A program made the translations under genes and the position numbers. A DNA stretch of 64,000 nucleotides from contig MU626312.1 in NCBI GenBank assembly GCA_025603075.1, positions 1 through 64,000 on the forward strand, in the 5' to 3' direction. Origin of the DNA: Neoconidiobolus thromboides FSU 785 (taxonomy: Eukaryota > Fungi > Entomophthoromycota). This document shows positions 1 to 11,804 of the stretch, in pieces (position 1 is the first letter of the stretch; every line of letters begins with the position of its first letter). A model generated the notes under the pieces. It ran no database searches, was not told the origin of the DNA, and saw only the letters and a list, made by a program, of their open reading frames with translations.

Positions 1-368
1 TCTGGAGCGGCTGGAGCATCAGCACGAGCTTTTGGTTTCTCTGGAAGATCAGCACGTCTAGCTTTTGGTTTTTCTGAAGCAGCTGGGATATCAGCCTTTG
101 GCTTTTCTGCTGTAGCAGGAGCATTAACAAGTGCCACTGGCGAGGCATTATTTGCGGCAGGAGCTGCTACAGCTAACCCATTTGTGGCATCTGAACTTTT
201 AAGTGGGTTCACATCTGCAGCAGCAGCAGGTAATAAACTACTAGCTCCAGTATTAGCAATTACGACAGGTGGGACAACATCAGCATTTCCAACTGGAGCA
301 GAATTTGCTGAGTCTAAAGTAATTGCAGCAAGAACAATAGAAAGTAAAGTTGAAGTGAAAAGTTTCAT
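1..368 (-). CDS. Secreted Ala/Pro-rich repeat protein (5' part; runs off the window start)
   Basis: Open minus-strand frame from ATG 368 to position 1, not in the ORF track because it has no stop in the window: MKLFTSTLLSIVLAAITLDSANSAPVGNAD... It has a hydrophobic signal peptide with an A-x-A-type cleavage site, then three EKPKA repeats. Confidence 0.8.
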   Translation of the reverse strand, partial: MKLFTSTLLSIVLAAITLDSANSAPVGNADVVPPVVIANTGASSLLPAAAADVNPLKSSDATNGLAVAAPAANNASPVALVNAPATAEKPKADIPAASEKPKARRADLPEKPKARADAPAAP

Positions 369-3083
369 ATTTATATAGTATTTGTAGCTCGAATTGAAGT
401 ATACGATTTATAGATTTCCAAGTTTTTATAATTATTATGAGTGTATTTTCGTTTGCTTTTATACTTCATTTACCTTTTGTTTACTTTGCTATATCTTGTC
501 ATAAAGATGCTAACATATTTAATTATATTATCATACCAGTAGATCATTTTAATATTTTGCTATAGTACTTTCAATTGTGATTTCATAAAATATAAATTGA
601 GAAGTTAAATTATTATTGATTTCATAGAAGACATTTAAGTATTTTATTAATGTGTATACTTGCATCGAATTTTAGGCCTCAAGAAAAGGAACTAATAAAT
701 CCACACCAAAATTAAATCAACTTGATGTTATATGTTGTTTGTTGAAACGATCATTAAAGATGAGTTTCTTACGTAAGGATTTTCGGTAGTAAAAAAATTC
801 CCAATGATACTATTTAAGTTAAAATTGTCAATTAAAATTCATTATTTCATAATAGTCATTTTAATTACACTAAATTTGGAAATGGCGTTAATCGAATATT
901 TTGTTAAATATTGAAATAATCCTTTACAATTTTCCTATTAGTAGTGATAAAGTTAAAAGCTTTAAGATGATATAATTTTCATAAAACGTTAAATATATGA
1001 TCTCAACATTTAAATATACCCATTATAGTATACTATTTTATACTCGAAGTAAGCTACTTTAGATTATATTTTTGTTAAATTGTGAGCAGTTATGTTTTAG
1101 CCTGAGATTTTTTAGATAATTTTAAATGTTGATTTGTTTTAGATTACTTTAAAATTTAATTAAATCCTAACTACCTCCTTTTTACATTTAAACTCTTTAT
1201 ATGGTAATATTTCATATTATAACTATTGAACTAAAGCTAAATACATTATATCATTGATTATTTAATGATCGTATAAGCTTCTAAACCATCTCATCTGTTT
1301 TTATCTTAGGAGTCATATGTTGAAATTTCTTTATATTATAAATTTAACTGCATACTTTTTTAGTCAACTTTTTACTATGAAAATTTATTGGGAAAAATTA
1401 ATATAAGGAGCATTCTTGAAGTAATCTCTCTTTTTTAATGGGACATTAGAGGTAAAAATAACAAATTGAAACCATAAAATAGTTATGGAAAATCAAGCTT
1501 AATTTGTAGGAATAAATCTATTCAAAAAAATATTAATTAGACTAAGAAGCAACCGAAGCTGCAGCAGTTCTTTTTCCAATCTCTTGACTGTGTTGACTCG
1601 AAGTAAACTCTACTGAAATTTATTAAAATACCTTAATTATGCTTATGAAAAATCGACTAGTAAATAATTTGCTTAGAAAATTATCACTAAAAAAGTTGCA
1701 AAAAGCTGCGAAATCATATACTTTAAACGATAATACTAGTAGGCAATTTCGCCTTTGCATGATTGATTGGTCACTGCCTTGGGCACATCTTTAAAAAAAT
1801 ATTAGCATTGTAAGTAATTTGTATACTCAATATAGCGTAAGGGAAAAAGATCTATAAAAAAAAGATATATAAAAACATGTATCTTGAAAAAGTCAAAAAT
1901 AAAATGAAAAGACCAAATGGGAATACTTTTGCCAATTGTCCTTTTTGTTATATTAAATTCAAAAATTAACTAACCAGTACACTGTTTAATCTTGAATGTG
2001 TGCTAGCTAACCGTTCATTTTATAATAAACTTTAAATCAGTATACCTCAAATTAGTATGATGGAAGAAAGAGTTGGGTATAGAATCGATTGTTTTCTAGT
2101 ACATATTTGAGCTCAAACAGCCTCATTAGTTTATTAATTTTTAACTTCTAAAAAATGGCAAAGGGCAATAGGTATTTTATCTCTCTTTTAAATATAATTT
2201 CTTGGAATCACTCCATTGATAATGTTTGTGTTCACCCTATTCTGCGCTTCTAAAGGTCACACTTAAATTGTTCAAAGAGTTATGCTTACTATCTTTTAAT
2301 GTACTTAACCCATATATATTCACTGGCATTTAGATAATAACTTTCAGTCCCCTGTTTTTTTCCTCGCATTTCCTTTTTACATAAACACTCACTACTGGCT
2401 TTTTTGAAAAAAACGACAGTCTAACAATACTTTATAACATATCAATAAATGCTAATACACTTAATAGATATGTTATTAGTTAATATGCTATAATAAGGCA
2501 GTATATCTAATATTAATCATGTGTTGGAATTTCGTATCATTTTAACATTCAAAGGCTGCGTTTAAAGATACACTATAGAATAGGTACTTGTTATCCTTGC
2601 TATTTAGAAAATTTTATGGTTAAAATACAGGATTATAAAAATAAATAAATTTATCCAAGTTTTTGTTATCATTAGTTAAATAAGGATAAGTAATACTTTA
2701 AACTAAGTGTAATGGTTTCATAATAGTAAAAATGTGAATGAATTAAGGTTGTGTATAAGTATTAGTGTTATTAAAATATTTTTATTGTTTATATTATATA
2801 AGTAAAGTGAACAAATATTAATTTTCCTTGATAAATAACATGTTTAAACTAGAAGCTCTTATTTGTTCTCATCGGATTTATTTTCTCCAGCCTTTTTGCA
2901 TGAGAAAATAAAACAAGTTTATTTTATAATATTTAATTTGTTGTCATTAAATACCACAAACCAATTAAATAATGTATATACCCCACTTAATTATATAGAT
3001 ATAATTGAATTATATTGTAATAAAACAGTATAAATATACAATTGTTTTTCTTTTAGTGTAACCTCCTTTTTATATTATAAAAA

Positions 3084-4550
3084 ATGTTTCATCAATTTTT
3101 TTACGATATTTCAACAAGTTTGAGCTTGCCTATAGATCAACTAAAATATATAGCAGCTATTTTGTTAACGTATCCTGTAGCTTTATTTTATGCTAAATTT
3201 ATATCAACATCTTCAACATTTGGTAAAAATTTATATTCAATAGTTACTACACTATTTTTATTCGTATGTATACACGATCAATTGATTGGATTATATCACT
3301 TATTGTTATCTTGTGTTGTTACATATACATTATTATCCACCTTTAAAGGTGAATTAGGTGCCAAACTAGTGTTTTTATGGGCCATGATACATATGTCTTA
3401 TACCCATATTCTTAGACAATACTATGATTACGGTTTAGCTAAAATGGATTATTCCGGACCACAAATGATATGGACAATTAAATTAACTATGTTTGCATTC
3501 AATGTTTATGATGGACAAAGAGATTTAAAGCAACTTAGTGGATATCAAATAGAAAGAAGAATTCAACGATTACCCAGTTTTATAGACTTTTTAGGCTATG
3601 TTTTTTATTTTGGAGGTTTTTTTGTTGGGCCAGCTTTCGATTACTTTGATTATCAACAATTTTTAAGAGCGGAGTATTTTAATAAAGTTAATAATAATAG
3701 CTCTTTATTCCCTCCAACTATTTTAAGGGCCGTCAAATGCTTTGTTGTTGGAATAATATGTGCAACTGTTCCCATCTTCGTTGCTCCTTATTTAAACGTA
3801 AAGACGCTATTGACTCCAGAGTATTTGAGTAAGCCTTTTGTTGTTAGAGTAGGATATGTAACTTTGGTTCCATTATTGGAAAGATTTAAATATTACTTTG
3901 TATGGTCATTGGCCGAAGGCGCCTTTATATTAAGTGGGTTCGGGTACAATGGCTCAAACAGTAAAGGAATCTCAAATGTAGATATTGCTAAAGTAGAAGT
4001 ACCAGATAATTTAAAGATGGTACTTGAAAATTGGAATATGGCAACTAACTTATGGTTAAGAAATTATATTTATTTAAGATTAACTCCAATCGGGTCAAAG
4101 CCTAGTTTTTTTGCACAACTTTCTACCTTCTTTACTTCTGCTTTATGGCATGGATTTTATCCCGGTTATTATTTAACTTTTATATTTGGTGGGTTTATCA
4201 ATGAGTTAGCACGTAAGTTGCGCCGTACTATTCGTCCTGTAGTTTTATCTCATGATTCAAAGCTCATCAAAGCACTTTATGATATAGTTGGTACCTTATC
4301 AACATGCTTTGCCTTAAATTATCTTACAATTCCTTTCCTCTCATTAACTTTCACTGATTCTTATATTATTTTGAAATCTGTCTATTTCTACATTCATATT
4401 ATTGTATTTGTATCTTTATTTATATTTAGATTCATACCTAATAAGGTTAAAGTTGCTAAAGTACCACCTACTTCAATAAATCCTATTTCTAGTGATGCTC
4501 CCAAACCTGAAGAAATTAGTTTTGGTAAAGACGTGAAAAAAATGAATTGA
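3084..4550 (+). CDS. ALE1: MBOAT-family lysophospholipid acyltransferase (Ale1/LPCAT-like)
   Basis: Intronless 488 aa multi-pass membrane protein with MBOAT motifs WNMATNLWLRNYIYLR and SALWHGFYPGYY (catalytic His), and a C-terminal KKxx-like ER signal. Confidence 0.93.
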   Translation: MFHQFFYDISTSLSLPIDQLKYIAAILLTYPVALFYAKFISTSSTFGKNLYSIVTTLFLFVCIHDQLIGLYHLLLSCVVTYTLLSTFKGELGAKLVFLWAMIHMSYTHILRQYYDYGLAKMDYSGPQMIWTIKLTMFAFNVYDGQRDLKQLSGYQIERRIQRLPSFIDFLGYVFYFGGFFVGPAFDYFDYQQFLRAEYFNKVNNNSSLFPPTILRAVKCFVVGIICATVPIFVAPYLNVKTLLTPEYLSKPFVVRVGYVTLVPLLERFKYYFVWSLAEGAFILSGFGYNGSNSKGISNVDIAKVEVPDNLKMVLENWNMATNLWLRNYIYLRLTPIGSKPSFFAQLSTFFTSALWHGFYPGYYLTFIFGGFINELARKLRRTIRPVVLSHDSKLIKALYDIVGTLSTCFALNYLTIPFLSLTFTDSYIILKSVYFYIHIIVFVSLFIFRFIPNKVKVAKVPPTSINPISSDAPKPEEISFGKDVKKMN

Positions 4551-4938
4551 CATTAACTTTACATATACAAAAGCTATAATAAATCTATAAACATATCTAA
4601 GTATCATCTTGTTATCTCATTTAATCCCATTATTTTTACTTCATTATTTAATCCTATTATTTGTTTTGTGTTTATATTAAAAATTAATATAAATTTACAT
4701 ATAATGTTAATCTGACAAAAGTGACGAATATAATTAGCTAGTTAGAAACAAGACTGACAAAAGTTTCAAAGCCTTAACCCTTAAAATTATCCTTAGACAA
4801 ATGAGGTTATATTCAATCAATTAAATTCATTTTATAGATGAGATTTGGATTGATTGATTGTATAATTATTTAATCTAAAAATCAAAAAGTATAAAATCAA
4901 AACCAACATTCAATATAAATATTTATTTCTTTATAACA

Positions 4939-5993
4939 ATGATAACTAAAATGGAAAAAAATATTTATATAGGTACTCGTAAATCTCAGTTGGCTTTAGT
5001 GCAAGCTGAGTTTGTTAAGGGCGAATTACATACCCTTTACCCCAACCTAAACTTATCACTTGAAAAGATAAGCACAATTGGTGATAAAATTTTAGATAAA
5101 GCTCTATCAAAGATTGGAGAAAAGAGTTTATTTACCAAAGAGCTTGAAGTGGCCTTAAAGGATGGTACCGTAGATTTAGTGGTCCATTCCTTAAAAGATT
5201 TACCCACTACTTTACCACCTGGTATGGCTTTAGGAGCAGTTATGGAAAGAGAGGATCCTCATGACGCTGTGGTCATGAGTTTAAAAAATAAAGGATTGAC
5301 TATAGATAAGCTACCTAAAGGTTCAGTGATTGGAACTTCATCCGTTAGACGTATTTCTCAATTAAGACGAAATTTCCCAAACCTTGAATTTCAGGATGTG
5401 GTAATAATCTTTATTTGTTTGCTTGTATTATTTTTATTAAGATATACCATAATGATTAGAGAGGTAATTTGAACACTCGTATTAGTAAGTTAGATGATGA
5501 AAATGGTCCTTATGATGCTTTGATATTAGCCGTTGCTGGCTTGAAGAGACTAGGTTGGGAATCACGTATATCTCAAGTATTAGCACCCGATTTATCCCTT
5601 CATGCTGTTGGTCAAGGAGCCTTAGGCATAGAATGCAGAATGGATGATGAACATACTCTTGAACTCTTGAGCAAATTGGATCACAGAGATACTAGGCTTC
5701 GTTGCACTGCAGAAAGAGCAATGATGCGTAAACTTGAAGGAGGTTGTAGTGTTCCAATTGGTGTAGCTACTACCTTTAAAGATAATAAGCTATCTTTAAG
5801 GGGTATGGTTGCTAGTATAGATGGTAAAAAGTTTATTGAATATACACATGAGCAAGATGTTTCTAATGGAGTTGACGAGGCAGAAAAAGTTGGTGAAAAA
5901 GTCGCGGATGAATTACTTAAGTTAGGCGCTAGAGAAATATTGGATTCTATAAGACATAATGAGAACGTTACTGAGCTTCCTTTTGGTAAATAA
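4939..5993 (+). CDS. HEM3: Porphobilinogen deaminase (hydroxymethylbilane synthase)
   Basis: Motifs [35 protein letters not shown] and [10 protein letters not shown] (cofactor Cys). One intron at 5401-5459 joins FQDV to RGNLNTR. Confidence 0.97.
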
Positions 5994-6603
5994 GAAATTT
6001 ATACTTAAGTTATTCCCATAAGTTTATTGTCATAGAATAAATTTATTTTTAATATTACTTGGGTAATTTTTAATAACATTGCGCTACTATAATATGAAAT
6101 TCAAAGAATATAATTAAAAGTCTACAATAATAAGTCAGTTTGCTATTAAAGATAAATTTAGGCTAAACAATATGGATACTTTAGTCAACAATAGATTCTT
6201 TAATAATCTTTTACTAATATAAGTCAAATTTAGATATCTCATTAATCAATTGATTAGCTTCAAGAGGCATATTCAAAACAATCTGTATTATTATTATTTA
6301 AAAGTAATCCTTTTTTGACTTAACAATAGGTATGTTGAGTTAAGATAGGAATAGCGTATTATACCATCAGATCCAACTTTTAATAACTTACTTTATCCAT
6401 TTGTTAAGCTAGATTGTATATATAAAGGCTCAAATCAATCCATAAATAGTGTCTGAGTTATCGAAAGAAATAGACATTTATATAGCATAATACTATATTC
6501 TAAAAAACCAATTATTTTCATATTTAAACTGAACCTTATTAATAAAAAATTCTCTCATGTAAACTTTAATGATTTATAACTATTTATTTCACTAGTCTAA
6601 TAT

Positions 6604-7058
6604 TTATTTAGAATATTTAGATGGAGGTTTCCAGTCAGGATCCTATTTAAGAATATTAATTGAATAATAAAAATAACGATAAAACTTACATTGAATTGGG
6701 AAGCCCATAACATGGAAGGGATCCATCTCTTTGGTGGGTAATGTCTCCACTAAAAATACTAGTTTAATTAATTCTGTTAACCCAATAAATTAGCTTACTT
6801 CTCTAGAAGCAGAAAAATTCCAAACTACGCCGATAAAAGCAGTCATACCAGCCATCACAATGGCAGTATTACGACGCCACTGTTTGGGGTGTGCCCACCA
6901 ACCACCAGCCGGAGACCTGAATTGTCGATTAATTCTAAATCTTTAGTAAACTAAGATTATTCCTTACCATACATGTTTAGGATATTCGTAACGTTTTACA
7001 GCACCCTATATTGGTGTTTAATCATTGTTTTTTAGTTGATTAATCTATTTATTACCAT
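6604..7058 (-). CDS. Small single-TM mitochondrial complex I accessory subunit (Yarrowia NUUM-like)
   Basis: Five exons joined at canonical GT-AG introns give MGAVKRYEYPKHVWSPAGGWWAHPKQWRRNTAIVMAGMTAFIGVVWNFSASREWRHYPPKRWIPSMLWASQFNDPDWKPPSKYSK. The YPKHVWSPAGGW..P..W pattern is as I recall for this family. Missed by the ORF track. Confidence 0.75.
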
Positions 7059-7557
7059 TTTTTAAATGAAAAAATATATTATTTAATTAGCATTATCTGT
7101 TATCTTTCAATCTCAATCTGATCTCTGATAGATGGGATTTTATTGGCCAGTTCGAATTTAAGCAAAAGTTTTAGTATTAGTTTTATTGGGACATAGTAAT
7201 TATTTGCAAAATAAAGAATGTTTAATATTTATGCATGAAACCATAATATTATAAAAATAAACAACTATAATATACAATTATTTCAAGGTGTGATATTTAT
7301 CAATACATGTTGAAACATCTGCTTAGAATTAAAAAATAACTACAAGGTGTATTGTAGATGATGCTTAAAATTATAAAAAATAAAAAATATTAAAACATCT
7401 ATCCTTATAAAAACAAACATTTATTTATTTTAATATAAACAATAAAATAAAAAACATTAGTTTTATAAAACTTTATCATCTAGAGGTACTATATTTTGTT
7501 TAAATGAAAACTATTTATAAAAAAAGCCTTGTATTTTATAGAGGGAAGGGAGGTAAA

Positions 7558-8909
7558 TTAGATAAGTTCAGCAACATTAAGAGGCATCTCTTCTACAGTA
7601 GTGTTATAGAATTGTTCGATATCACGGAGCATACGAACATCATCAGTAGTGATAAAGTTGATAGATACACCTTTACGACCGAAACGACCACCACGACCAA
7701 TACGATGGATATAATTTTCACGGTTAGATGGAAGATCGTAGTTAATAACTAAGGAAACTTGTTGAACATCAATACCACGAGCTAGAAGATCGGTGGCAAT
7801 AAGAACACGGGAAGAACCGGAACGGAACTCTTTCATAACAACTTCACGCTCTTTTTGTTCCATATCACCATGGATGGCGGAAACAGTGAACTCACGGGAC
7901 TTAAGTTTTTCAGTGAGCCACTCAACCTTTCTTCTTGAGTTACAAAAAATAACAGCTTGAGTAACAGTAATAGTTTCATAAAGGTCACAAAGAGTATCGA
8001 GTTTCCATTCTTCTTTTTCACAAGAGATATAGAATTGTTTAATACCTTCTAAAGTTAATTCATCACGTTTAACTAAAATACGGATAGGATCACGCATAAA
8101 CTTTTGAGTAACTTCAAGGACATCAGTAGGCATGGTAGCAGAAAGTAAAACTGCTTGTGTGGTGCTTGGAAGTCTTTGGAAAATTTCATAAATTTGATCC
8201 TTGAAACCGCGGGACAACATTTCATCAGCTTCATCAAGAACAAACATCTTAAGTTTATCAGTGTTGAGGTACCCACGGTTAATCATATCGAATACACGAC
8301 CTGGAGTACCGACAACGATTTGAACACCATTTGCAAGGCTAGCAGCATCATCACGAACACTGGTGCCACCAATACATCCGTAAATGTTAAGGCTCATGAA
8401 ATCAGAAATAGCAACAACAACTTTTTGAATTTGGGAAGCTAATTCACGAGTTGGTGCAAGAATTAAAGCTTGAACAGCCTTAACTTCTGGGTCTATTTTT
8501 TGTAAGACTGAAATGGAGAAAGTACCAGTTTTACCAGTACCAGATTGAGCTTGAGCAATAACATCTCTTCCACTAACAATTGGCAAAATGGCACGAGATT
8601 GAATGGCAGAAGGACGTTCAAAACTTTAGTTTTTATTAGTATCAATTGGCTATAAAATAATACAAAAGTTCTTACCCATAGGCGTAGATACCACGGAGAA
8701 GATCTTCTTTAAGGTTCATGTTATCGAAATTGTCAACAACCTCGTTATGGTTGGACTAAAAAATTAATACACTGCTATAAAACTTAATAAATAGTATTAC
8801 TTCAATTTCAACTTCCTTAATGTCATTAAGTTGATCTTTAGTAGCTTCAGTACTAAAAATAGAGTTAGTTTTGTAAATAAAATAAGCCTTTTTACAATTA
8901 CCTGCTCAT
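7558..8909 (-). CDS. TIF1: Translation initiation factor eIF4A (DEAD-box helicase)
   Basis: Motifs [23 protein letters not shown] and [13 protein letters not shown], with the eIF4A C-terminus [11 protein letters not shown]. Three short 5' exons start at ATG 8909. Confidence 0.97.
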
Positions 8910-9621
8910 TTTATTCAATTTCTTTCAATTTTTAAAGAAAGGCAAAGGAATCAATACTCTTGAATAATTTTTATCTTTGAACTCGGAGCAAGAGCTACAC
9001 ATAATAAACAAGTATTATTGGCTAACTATCAGCAAATGAATTCAACATTGGGGTTAAGTTAGCCTTAATTGGCTTACAAGCTAATTATGGGTCTTTGAAT
9101 AAAGCTTAACATTATAAAATAAGCAGTCTTATTCTAAATTCCAACCAATTGATGGAAATATTTAAAAGGTTTAAGCACAAATTAGAGAATCAAAACTTAC
9201 ATGTTCTAAAAAATAATGCTGAAATCATAGAAACATTAATGTTCATAATATATTATAGTCTTCTGATAAAAGCACTATTTTATTATTTTTAACACAAAGA
9301 ATATACAAAGATCTTGCTTGGTATTAACTAGGACATCAACTTAAAAAGAATCTCATTTAACGAGAATTGTTGCTTTTAAGGTCGACTTTTCTTGTTCTAA
9401 TTAATTTCACAAACTAGACTACTATTGGGTAAGTTAATATAGATACTAATTTACTGAATGACATTTTAGTTTAAATCTTTCCATACCTCAAAAATCTAGG
9501 ACAATTATCCCACTTAAAAATCTGTCAAAATTGCCCAACCTGCAAAATAAGCGTCAGGAATTGAACCAATAAAATAAAATTAAATCTAAGTTGAACAAAA
9601 AATCTATTTTAAATCCATAGC

Positions 9622-11425
9622 ATGAGCAAAAAGAATGATTATAATAAAGATTATTCATTGGGAAAAGAAATTGAAGCAACAACGTTAGGAAGTGATTATG
9701 GTGAAGTGTCAAGTGTATATCATAAAGAAAGGAGTTTTATTCCTTCACCTTACCCCAATAATAAAATAATTGCTTATAAATCGCCTTTTACTAGTATACT
9801 TATAAAAAGGAGAGAGGAAAAGTTTCCTGAATTGAGCCAAACAAATAAAGAGAATCTAGAGGAAAGAAAAGAAGGGTCAGCCAGAAACATAAGTTCTTTA
9901 AGCGAAATCATACTAAATACAAAAAAAACTGGATCCTATTCAAGCAAAGACTTAGAATTCCAGCTTAGGAATACTTTATTAGAAAATAATAAACACAAGG
10001 AGAAAACAAGGAAGCGTGATGATGATAAAAATGAGGAATCCAGAAGAAATAAATCTATGAACCATTTATTAGGGAAGTCATTAGATCATGACAATAGTAT
10101 AGAACTAGAAAGTTTTGTAAAGGCCATAAGTAATGGTTCACTTGAAATAATTGGGGAAGAAAACAATGATTTAGAAGATGCGTTCAACGATATTTCTAAA
10201 CATGAGTACTTTTTAAAAAATAATCCAAAATCAGTTAATAAAGATAGCATGGAATTTAATAGTATAGTTAAAGCTATATCCAAAGGTTCACTAAAAATTA
10301 GTAAAGAAGTATCATTCAGTCATAAAAATAAGGTAAATTTGGTTTAATTATAGTAAGTTTAATAATAGCTTGTAGCAAAAAAATAGGGAGAAAGCCCATT
10401 TGAGTTTAAATAAAAGACAGCAGAAGCCAAAAATAATAATAGTAAAAAAGAGTTCAATTATATCGCTTTTAAGGTTTGCAAAAAATGTTGAGCATTTGGA
10501 TGATGGATTTTTTATAGCTAGGAAAGATGAAGACAAATTTATAATCGATCGGTTTGATCCAGGATCCATAGTATATACTACGACAAACGGCCATGATGAA
10601 AATCATAGGTGCCCTACTTATCTTTTAGAAGAAGATATTCCATTTACAATTAAGTTCAATAAGATGGATTCTATAAATGAAAATAATTATTTTCCAGAAT
10701 TCTATATAAAATTACAGGATCACCAAATGGAACTAACATGTATTTGGAAAGAGATGGATGTTACTGTTGATTTTTACAAAGTCAATAAAGAAATTACGAG
10801 TAAGATTGGGTGCTCAAAGTATGAAGATAGTCTTATTGATGAAAATGAAGATCATGGGTTTGTAATTAATGAGAATGAGAACATAATATTGATAAATAAA
10901 AATGAGACTAAAGAATATAAGATAAACGGTATATGGTATGATAAACAAGTAAAATTAGAAGATTTATATTATAATATAATTGGATTTTTAAAAGAATTTT
11001 ATCCAAAAGTTAAAGACGGAGAATTTTATATAATAATTAAAGAAAATGATGAATGGCAAGTATTTAAAGCTGTTTTCTTGGTAATTAAGATAATTTATTA
11101 AATAAAGCATATACTTATTTTATTTTAGGTACGTTCGTTTAAAATACTAAGCTATAAAGATGAATATCAAGTTTTAATTGATAGTATACAAAATGATGTT
11201 ATATTTACACCTAGAACAATTGCAGACAAATCTGAAGAAGGAACGAAGGATTATAGTAAAATGAGCTCAAAAGAATTAGTTAATATTATTGAAGAACAGC
11301 AATCGATAATTAAAAGGTTACAGAATGAACTAAAAGAGCTGAGGGTAGACGCCAATAATGATACCACAAAAGTTAAATCACCAACTACTGCGGTGCTTTC
11401 ACTAAATAATAAGTCATTATGTTGA
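9622..11425 (+). CDS. STIL N-terminal-domain protein with C-terminal coiled coil (STIL/SAS-5/Ana2-like)
   Basis: Introns 10333-10375 and 11081-11128 join three in-frame segments. The middle exon matches human STIL-N in collinear blocks: HLS..PKIII, RFAK, IIDRFDPG, PTYLLEED, GIW, GEFYII. The 3' end is uncertain because of a possible extra intron ending at 11460. Confidence 0.7.
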
Positions 11426-11706
11426 TATACTTTTGGATTAATTGTTATGCTAATAAACAGCTTAAATTTTTGAAATGAAAAAGGCAATAAGGGGCACTAA
11501 ATAGTTAAATTATAATCAATGATGGGGAGGAGTGGGTATCAAAAGTAACTATAATAAATTATTGTGTGTTGAAGTAAAATTGATTTTAAGGGGATTCTAT
11601 TCTAATTAATAAATAAAGTGTTGGATTTTATAGTTTAAATGCTCATATTTTAAAGATTTGATTAAAGCAATAGTTCTTATAAAGTTTATATTGTGTGATT
11701 TTTATA

Positions 11707-11804
11707 ATATGGACATGTACTTTTTTGTTTAAGAATTTTACTAACAACCTTTCTGCTTAATTGCTCTTAAAAAATGAAAAAAGTTAAATCAAAAGACCCC
11801 ATAT
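11707..11804. mobile_element. Degenerate copy of ~100-bp MITE-like repeat
   Basis: ATATGGACATGTAC...TTTAAGAATTTTACTAACAA...GACCCCATAT aligns with the copies at 34165, 55349 and 62071. Confidence 0.65.

Noticed and set aside
184-378. Plus-strand 64-aa ORF in the track
   Set aside because: Antisense shadow of the minus-strand signal-peptide gene at 1-368.
1540-1800. GC-richer patches with short minus-strand open frames in the 378-3084 spacer
   Set aside because: No consistent start, splice and stop model, and no recognisable protein.
7504-8442. Overlapping ORFs 7504-7752, 7833-8021, 8073-8276 and 8155-8442
   Set aside because: Alternative-frame or antisense shadows of eIF4A, favoured by its biased codon usage.
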